DNA of 64,000 nt. Source: an uncultured Pirellulales bacterium (GTDB taxonomy: Bacteria; Planctomycetota; Phycisphaerae; Sedimentisphaerales; Anaerobacaceae). Below are positions 47,130 through 55,100 of this stretch, piece by piece. The stretch is from the NCBI GenBank assembly GCA_964513655.1, contig CAZENQ010000004.1, forward strand, positions 3,759 through 67,758. Direction: 5' to 3'. Under the pieces are notes generated by a model, which was given only the letters and a program-made list of their open reading frames with translations, was not told where the DNA came from and did no database searches. The translations under genes were made by a program, and so were the position numbers. Each line of letters begins with the position of its first letter. Positions within the stretch are counted from its first letter, which is position 1.

Positions 47130-47696
47130 CTACGAAGCTTTATGAGCCACAAACATCCGATGCCAAGGAATCTCCCTCATACGATATGTCTTTTCGATTG
47201 TGAATCCTGCCGTCTCGACACTTTTGCGAATGCGGTCCAAGGAATAATCTTTTTTCCCGATCTCCCAGTAATGTTCCCCGTCAAACTCATGTTTCTGCGG
47301 GAATAAAAATGGACACTCCACACTCAATCTGCGAACTCTGCTCATCAGAGGAACTTTTGCCTCCACACAGTAAAATCGACCCATGTCGGGCAGGGTCATG
47401 ACTAACCATCTCTCCGACACTCGATGAATCTCGTCCAAGGCTCGCTCAAACTTATGGTAGGGTATATGCTCCAGCACCTCACAGCAGAGAACTAGTTCGA
47501 AGCTGCTGTCATCCAGCGGCATATCGGTTACCGATGCTACTATGTCTGGATGTAGATTCCTGTTATGGTCTAGGGTGGTAACTGAAAAACCTAATTCCTT
47601 GAGAATCCGGGAAACAATCATGCTTCCAATGCCTATTTCCAGAATTCTCTTTGGCTGGCAGTTCACCGTTTCCCTAATCTGATAGCCATATGCCAC
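47130..47696 (-). CDS. class I SAM-dependent methyltransferase (5-prime end uncertain, possible frameshift)
   Basis: Motif I ILEIGIGSMIVS lies only ~17 aa after the annotated GTG. DSSFELVLCCEVLEHIP is also present. An ATG at 47769 in another frame could supply 26 additional N-terminal residues. Confidence 0.7.
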   Translation of the reverse strand: MAYGYQIRETVNCQPKRILEIGIGSMIVSRILKELGFSVTTLDHNRNLHPDIVASVTDMPLDDSSFELVLCCEVLEHIPYHKFERALDEIHRVSERWLVMTLPDMGRFYCVEAKVPLMSRVRRLSVECPFLFPQKHEFDGEHYWEIGKKDYSLDRIRKSVETAGFTIEKTYRMREIPWHRMFVAHKAS

Positions 47697-47803
47697 CGCT
47701 CCTCATGGGATGGCAATACGTGGGAGAAAAATATTGCTCTACTGAAACTTGAACGTTATGTTCTGACATGTGTAATTGTAATTGCTTCTTCTCTCTTAAA
47801 ATC

Positions 47804-49390
47804 TTACCATACAGTTTGTTGCTGCTTTTCCGAAGATATGCCACCACGTATGTAATGCAATAAACTGACAAATTGCTTCAGGGGAGATAACTCTCGGTAT
47901 AAGACAGTAATTAAAGTTACATACGTCACCAATAAAAGCAATAAACCCACTCCAATTCGTGCCAGATAATGGCTTATTCCGATGACATCCATTATATACC
48001 TGCATATCATCCCAGCACATATCGACGAAAGTAAAAATCTCCAAATGGCAGAAAAAATTAAGCCCAGCTTCAGGCCGATAGGCTTGCCGGCATACCATAG
48101 GCACGGGCCCACAATCAGATACATCACTGCCGTGTAGCAGCTCGCTACTGCCAGCGCACCAAACGGGACACCTACGAAAAACGAGGCAATTATTGCTGCA
48201 GAGCCTACTAGCCCCCATCGAAATGCCCGGTCAGTGCGACCAATAGAAACATGAAGCCACCCCTGAGTATTGTATATTGGTTGGATAAGCGCTGATATCC
48301 CCAGAACCGCAAAAATTCTGCTTGCCCCAATCCATTGCTCGCCTAAAACCAGCCTGATTATTTCCTCCGACATCACCACCATAAATATCACACCGGGCAT
48401 CGTGATAAAAGCGATAAACGAGATAGCCTTGAGATAATATCTGCGAAATCGCTCCGGGTCGCTTTGCAATCGGCTCAATGTCGGAATGGCCACTGTCGCC
48501 ATCGGAGCGCTTACTTGTATGATCGGCAGCATCATCAACTGGTAGGCCCTGCTGTACAGGCCCAACTGTCCCGGTCCCCAGTACCTTCCAATTAGAACTT
48601 TGTCGAGGCCTCGCGCAAAGTAGTTGACAACATTGAAGCCGGTAAGATTCCCACCAAAAGCAAGCATAGAGCCTACGCCTTGGAACCTTATGGGCAAGCT
48701 GGGACGCCAGGGACACAGAACCCAAACTATCAGCATAATAAACAAGCCTTTCGTCAGCTCCATGTAAACTAATGCCCAAACCCCAGCTCCCATCCAGGCC
48801 GTGCCGATGCCCGCCGCAACACTTAAACCCAACGCCGTGATATTCAAACCAGCCAGAGTACCAAATCGCATCTGGCGCTTAAGCAGTGCCATTAGCTGCA
48901 TTGCCAGCCCACTGAAAACAAATCCTACGGACAGAGCCACGACCAGCCATAGCAATTCTGGTTCGCCATAGAACCACATAAGTACGGGGGCCAGAGCGAT
49001 GACTATTATCATGACAAACAAGCTTAGACCCAAGTTGATCCAAAAAAGAGCGTTGATTTGCTCATGAGTAATTCTCTCCCGATGAATAGTGGCCATGGAA
49101 AGTCCCAGGTCTTGAAATATCCACATAAAGCCGGTAACGACCATGATCATGGCAAACAAGCCGTAATCCTGTGGCGTCAGCAGTCTGGCCAGCACAGCGG
49201 TGGATCCCAATTGGATCACCTTTATAACAAACTGTCCCGCTATGGTAACTAAGCCACCCCTTACAGCACGCCCCTTCAGGTCTGACCTGATATTGGATGT
49301 ATCGAAAAGGTCGTCACTATCTGTTTTTTCTTGGGATTTTCCCAAATAGGCTCCTAACAAACTTCGTCCCTGCCAATTACATGAAAACAA
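47804..49390 (-). CDS. wzx: Wzx-type flippase (MOP/PST polysaccharide biosynthesis protein)
   Basis: LKGRAVRGGLVTIAGQFVIKVIQLGSTAVLARLLTPQDYGLFAM is followed by about 12-14 TM helices. Confidence 0.8.
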   Translation of the reverse strand: MFSCNWQGRSLLGAYLGKSQEKTDSDDLFDTSNIRSDLKGRAVRGGLVTIAGQFVIKVIQLGSTAVLARLLTPQDYGLFAMIMVVTGFMWIFQDLGLSMATIHRERITHEQINALFWINLGLSLFVMIIVIALAPVLMWFYGEPELLWLVVALSVGFVFSGLAMQLMALLKRQMRFGTLAGLNITALGLSVAAGIGTAWMGAGVWALVYMELTKGLFIMLIVWVLCPWRPSLPIRFQGVGSMLAFGGNLTGFNVVNYFARGLDKVLIGRYWGPGQLGLYSRAYQLMMLPIIQVSAPMATVAIPTLSRLQSDPERFRRYYLKAISFIAFITMPGVIFMVVMSEEIIRLVLGEQWIGASRIFAVLGISALIQPIYNTQGWLHVSIGRTDRAFRWGLVGSAAIIASFFVGVPFGALAVASCYTAVMYLIVGPCLWYAGKPIGLKLGLIFSAIWRFLLSSICAGMICRYIMDVIGISHYLARIGVGLLLLLVTYVTLITVLYRELSPLKQFVSLLHYIRGGISSEKQQQTVW

Positions 49391-49435
49391 AATCTGTAAT
49401 CTCTTTCCTCGAGGTGGTAATAGAAAAGTGGAATT

Positions 49436-50755
49436 TCAGATGGCCAGTTTAGTCCACCGTATCGTGTTTCTTGCGGTTTGTACTAACAGAGTTAATACAA
49501 AACTTCCCATTAAAAATGCAGGGATCGCACTTATTGCAGTAATATGATACCCTTTATGAATCACTTGAATTTCTTTTAGCACGGATAAGAAAAATAATAA
49601 ACTCGCAATTATATCAATCCAAAAACGCCATCTTGTAGTCAGTATCAAGCTGAGCAAATATCGAATACAAAGTCCAATCATAAACAACCCAATTGCTAAT
49701 CCTGCTGCTGCTGCTCTCCAATGTAATAAAGACTTCGAGTATTCATCCAATGAAAGATAAAATTCATGATTTTGCTCGCCTGGCCATAAATGTTTCGGCA
49801 ACAGTTTTTTCCAGAAATAGCGATGCCCGTACAATTTATTCGCCCTGTGATATCGCTCAATAGTCAAGTCGCTGCATTTCTGAGCTAGACGTTGCAAGGT
49901 TACCACCTTAATATTTGGCATCACCGACAACTTATCTAAGAGCCTATCGAATCTGACAATCCCAAAAAAATAATCTTCGCGCCCAGCCAGTTTAATAATA
50001 TCTTCCGGGTGATATAAAACTACCATTACGCCTTTCTCCGGTAAACTTCCCTCATTCACAACTGTTTCCAATTTCTGGAGTCTTGTCGTGCAGGGTATTA
50101 CCGTCAATCCTTTCGCTGATTTGTAATAGAAAAAGCGGTCAGCGGATAATATCGTAAAGCCGGTCTGCTTCAAAATTGTGGCGGTATTATCATCCCAGCT
50201 ATTGTAAGGAGGCACAAATGTTGTAATATTTACTAAATCGCAGGAGCTGCATAAAATCTCTTTGCCTGATGTTATGTCTCTAAGTTGAGATTTATAACCG
50301 CGTTCTCGAAATTCTCCTCTTATATGCCCTTGGGGGGCATGATTAGTATGGGAAAAGCCATGCTGAGCAACGTCAATTCTACCAGCCGTAATCCCCTGTT
50401 TGATAAGCTCTATCTTTTCAGGATCTTCAGTAAACGAAGTTCCATTTGCTTTAGGAATTATTGCAATTACGTAGGACATATCGTATTTTTCGAATAGTGA
50501 GTCAATTTTCTGCTCAGCCTGCCATATCTGCCGCCGCAATGCGTCTGTCTGCCGCACACCCGGTTGATCCGCAGAAAAATCATCGTAGCGGAACACGATA
50601 TATGTGGAGCCGACTGCGGATGGTGATATTAGCAAGATGGCAAAGACCAAAAGTGCCGGTAATAGTCTTTTTGAGTTGGTCATAAGCTTGGGCCAGACAC
50701 ACTCCGTCCCCGTCGGTTGCATTGAAGGAATCAACGTAACTTCCTTTAATAGCAC
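49436..50755 (-). CDS. DUF2334/polysaccharide-deacetylase-like periplasmic domain with C-terminal TM helices
   Basis: YIVFRYDDFSAD...IPKANG...AQHGFSHTNH...TFVPPYNSWD, then 3 hydrophobic helices. The start may instead be the Met at 50683 (MTNSKRLLPALLVFAILLISPSAVG). Confidence 0.6.
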   Translation of the reverse strand: MLLKEVTLIPSMQPTGTECVWPKLMTNSKRLLPALLVFAILLISPSAVGSTYIVFRYDDFSADQPGVRQTDALRRQIWQAEQKIDSLFEKYDMSYVIAIIPKANGTSFTEDPEKIELIKQGITAGRIDVAQHGFSHTNHAPQGHIRGEFRERGYKSQLRDITSGKEILCSSCDLVNITTFVPPYNSWDDNTATILKQTGFTILSADRFFYYKSAKGLTVIPCTTRLQKLETVVNEGSLPEKGVMVVLYHPEDIIKLAGREDYFFGIVRFDRLLDKLSVMPNIKVVTLQRLAQKCSDLTIERYHRANKLYGHRYFWKKLLPKHLWPGEQNHEFYLSLDEYSKSLLHWRAAAAGLAIGLFMIGLCIRYLLSLILTTRWRFWIDIIASLLFFLSVLKEIQVIHKGYHITAISAIPAFLMGSFVLTLLVQTARNTIRWTKLAI

Positions 50756-50782
50756 TACTTATGGCACTATTCCGGTGCCAGT

Positions 50783-51520
50783 TTACTTCAGAATATTGCT
50801 TGCTGCGTTGATATATTCCGTTGCTCTAACTTTGTCATTCTTGTCGGGGAAAAAGTCCAGTATCAAATCCGCCATATCCTCAGCTGCTGTTCGAATCGAG
50901 TTTTCCAGTACCGAGCTTATCTGTACCTGTGCGACATAACGGGCAGGGTCACCCGCAATGTTCGGGGTTCGCCATCCGGTGCCGGCAAAAAGTCCTTCAT
51001 CATCTGTGAACCGGCCGTTCACGATGTAAAAATTCAAGACTACAATCTCATCATTTTGAGGGGCAGGCTTGTGAAAACGGTGAACCAAACAGGGAATCGT
51101 TCTGTCCGCTGACGAGATAAACTGTGACCGCTCCGTACTGTCGTGGATCCAGCCGCCGGCAACATAGCAGACCTGAGGCCGATGCCCCAGCATCGTTCGA
51201 GGCCGAGCAGAATAAGCCACATACACGTTTGCCCACTGGTTGGTTGCATTATCTATATAGAGCCGATTTAGGAAGTCGTCAGTGTCTGCGACACGTTCAA
51301 CAGTTTCGGTAACGGGCATGTCCTTACCGGTCCAACCGTTAATTGTTAAGGGAAATGCCTTCAAGGGCACAGGCAGGGCGATAGGGCTCTCGACGATAGC
51401 TCTCATACGAGATGCTGTAACACGATAGACCACTCCTGCCATCAATAGGACAGTGACTGCCAAAACCCAATTTGGTCTGCATAAAGCCTTGTTTGAGACT
51501 GCTTTTCTGAACAAGTACAT
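50783..51520 (-). CDS. epsI: EpsI-family exosortase-associated protein
   Basis: N-terminal TM helix, then LKAFPLTINGWTGKDMP, DDFLNRLY, VYVAYSARPRTMLGHRPQVCYVAGGW and FYIVNG follow the EpsI pattern. Confidence 0.8.
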   Translation of the reverse strand: MYLFRKAVSNKALCRPNWVLAVTVLLMAGVVYRVTASRMRAIVESPIALPVPLKAFPLTINGWTGKDMPVTETVERVADTDDFLNRLYIDNATNQWANVYVAYSARPRTMLGHRPQVCYVAGGWIHDSTERSQFISSADRTIPCLVHRFHKPAPQNDEIVVLNFYIVNGRFTDDEGLFAGTGWRTPNIAGDPARYVAQVQISSVLENSIRTAAEDMADLILDFFPDKNDKVRATEYINAASNILK

Positions 51521-52122
51521 CTATAGTTACCATGCAAACAATACAGACTTAAAAATATAGTCCTATAAAAGGGGCTAATATAGGACACTCTAAGATGGTT
51601 AGCCCGAAGGTGGTATATTCAAGTCCAAAAAAAAACTGTTCATCTCTCCTGAGCCGGAACCCCTGCTAATAGCACCATCCTTGAATAGATAGAGGAATCC
51701 GCCTCACCAAAATCTCAGTTGCTCCGAACCTCCCTGTCAAGAAGCGAAACTTTACCGTGAAAAACGCATTATACCTGCCCAGGTTGCTCCTCGCAAGAAC
51801 TTTTTTTATTTTTTTTGAACCAAATCTGGCCAGGAGAAGTAAACAGGCAGAGCACCGAAAAAATACCGTAAACAATGATGGCATATGCCGCAAAACCGGC
51901 CTTTCGTCCGATAAAAAGCCTACGCTGCTTTTAATCTTGCAGTTTAACGCGGGTGATGGTAAAATTTGGTTTAATAATGATGAAAACGGATTTTCGCTCT
52001 TTCTTATAAAAAAAAGGATTTGCAAGCCTCTGAAACATACAACTCTAATGGCTCCTCTTTTTTTCGGCAGCAAGGCGCTGCAGCAAGCTTTTTGCACGTG
52101 CTTGCTATAAGCGTGCGCGGGT

Positions 52123-52151
52123 TTGTCTATGCCTGATTTATTTTGTACTAT
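52123..52151 (+). promoter_or_regulatory. weak sigma70-like promoter candidate for the 1901-aa protein gene
   Basis: TTGTCT (52123-52128), a 17-nt spacer, then TACTAT (52146-52151). Confidence 0.25.
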
Positions 52152-52188
52152 TTAATTTGGATTTGCAGAAGATTGGGGGGGCGAATCT

Positions 52189-55100
52189 GTGTTTATCAAA
52201 AAAATAACAAATGTCCGATATATATCACAAGGAAGTGATAATGTGTGCCGGCTAAAATTGTTTATATTATTCTTACTATTTGCCGTTAGTGCAGTTCTGC
52301 CGAACGCGAGCCTAGCAGCAACTTATTATGTGGATGCCGATAGTGGTAACGATAACAATCTTGGAAGCAGTGCACAGCCATGGAAAACTATTCAAAGAGC
52401 GCTGCCCAACTATAATGGTAATCCTCAGGTAACAGCCGGTGATACAGTAAAGATTGCTGCACGTTCCGGCGGCGGCGATTATGGGCACATTACTTACACG
52501 GAGAATGGAGATACAGGCCGCAGTAATTGGATTATGTATGAGGCTCAAGACCCGGCGAATAAGCCCGTCATCAAGACACTTTCCATCCTTGCCACAACTA
52601 ATGCTTATATGAAGTGGAAGAATATTCGCTTTGAAAACACCGACAGTGCCTACACCATAAATTTGCAGGGGTCGTATGGTGCCGGGTTGTTACCTGTTAA
52701 TGCTACTACTCATGTACAAATACTAAATTGTTACATAGACCATACAGACCAAGGCGGTGATGCTGCCTTCATAATAAGATGGGCCAGTGATATAGTGGTG
52801 GACAACTGCGAGGGGCAAGGAGGCGACCCACAATTTCAAATTGATTTGCACGCGGACGGCATAACCGTATCTAATTCTAATTGCCACCATTCTTTTGGAG
52901 ATATTTTCGATATTGCCACGTCAAATGACATCACTCTTGAGAATAACGAAATTCATCACGTTGACCCCAATCAAATTAAACCAGGTGGTCACTGGGATGC
53001 AATATCTATCGCAGACAGCACTGATGTCATAGTCAGGGCCAATGTGCTGCATGATATTGGTTATTCTCAAACTTTATACACCATCAATGATTACGGTACT
53101 GATTGCCAAAATATTACCTTCGAGAATAATCTTGTGTATACTGAAGCTGCCGCTGCATTGGTGAAGTTTTATGATACTAACGGCCTTGTTTTCCGAAACA
53201 ACACTATTATAGCTCTTAATGGGACAGGTACCGGCGCATTTGACTCTACTTGTTCTAACGTCACTATGTACAATAATATTATCATAGGGCCGACATTCAC
53301 TGTCTCTGCTAACAATGTCGATAGAGACTATAATATCATAGAGAATTTTAGCGGGACTATGGGGGCACACGGGTATGAACTAAGCGCCAATGGTAAGGAC
53401 ATTAGCGATGTGGAATTTGTTGATTATATAAATGACAACTATCAACTCACCGAAAACTCCATAGCCCGGGATTTTGGCGACCCAACCCATGCCACTACAA
53501 CCGATATTATTGGGAATCTACGAGACGCAAAACCTGATACCGGCTGCTATGAATACATACCGCCGGGCCCACCCGATACTACGCCTCCATCTGTCCCGCA
53601 GAACCTCAGCGCTACCGCTGTAGGTGAATCCCAGATAGATTTGTCCTGGGACGCATCTAACGACCCTGAATCGGGCATAAATCATTACAATATCTACAGA
53701 GATGGAAATAATATTGGCCAGGCGACTACCACTTCTTATTCGGACACTGGCCTTGAAAGTGTGACTACCTATTCCTATAAGGTTTCAGCCGTGAATGGAC
53801 AAGGATTAGAATCAGGACGAAGCAATACTGCCCAAGCTACGACCTTCTCGGATACTACTGCCCCATCTATTGTATCAGTCAACGCCTATGTGACCTTAGT
53901 TGAAATTACTTTCAGTGAGTCATTAGATACGATATCAGCAGAACAGATAAATAATTACAGTATTAATAACGGTATATACATAACAGCAGCTTCTCTTGAT
54001 ACTGATACGGTTACCTTAACAACCTCTGCCCATACAGAAGGCAGCTATACATTAACAGTTACAAATGTGCTGGATACCTCAGGTAACGCCATTACACAAA
54101 CAACCGAAGACTATATCTACGAAGAAGGCCTAGCGGGACACTGGAAATTTGATGATGGAAGTGGCGGCACCGCTGTAGATTCTTCAGGCAAGGGCAATAC
54201 GGCAACATTAATTAACGGGGCGGAATGGACTGACAAAGGTGAAGTAACTTTTGATGGGGTTGACGACGCCGTTGAGATACCCACAGCAAATTGGAGTGCA
54301 AACGCCGGGACTATTGCCTTGTGGGCTCGTGCAGAGGATTTTTCCGGTACTCGATACCTTTTCGGCCACACTATAGGCTCTTGGAGCAACAGAATACAGC
54401 TATATGTCAACGAGGGAAACCTTGGCCTAGGACTTGGTGATTCACATACCAAGCATGCAAATATTCAAACCCTAAATGTTAATACTTGGTATCACATCAC
54501 GCTAACATGGGACGGAACAAACTATGTTGTATACATCAATGGAGTTGCACGAGCAAATGGTCCATACACCGGTTTAACGGCTTTGAGCACGTTGGCCGAT
54601 ATTGGAAATAATGGAAATACTTCCTACCGGGACGAAGCTTTTAATGGCATTATCGATGAGGTCCGTGTTTATGACCGAGCGTTAACTGTAGATGAACTTT
54701 CAGATATAGCTCTTGTTTTTCTGCCCATTGGCAACAAAAGCATCAACGAGGGTTCAACTTTGACATTTGAAGTAAGAACCAGAGACCCTAATGTCACGGT
54801 TGATATAAACGACCATAATTTGCCAAGTGAGCCGAATTTTTTTTTCAATGGGGGGAGTTGGAACTTTAATTGGGCGGCCGAAGACGGTGATGACGGCACC
54901 TACGAAGCCAATTTCGTAGCACCGCATGGTCAGTTCGTAGATCATGAAACGATAACCATAACGGTTAATGATGTTAACGATGTCAATCCTAATAGTCCTC
55001 CTGTGGCTGACGCCGGACCTGACCAAACCGTAACCGACACTGACGGAGATCGCAGCGAACAGGTTACTTTGGACGGCTCAGCCTCTACAGATCCAGATGG

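Noticed and set aside
51666-52110. ORFs 51666..52097(-) and 51757..52110(+) in the long AT-rich spacer.
   Set aside because: They overlap each other. They are Lys/Phe/Leu/Arg-rich, as expected from A/T homopolymer runs. They have no RBS and no recognisable motif.
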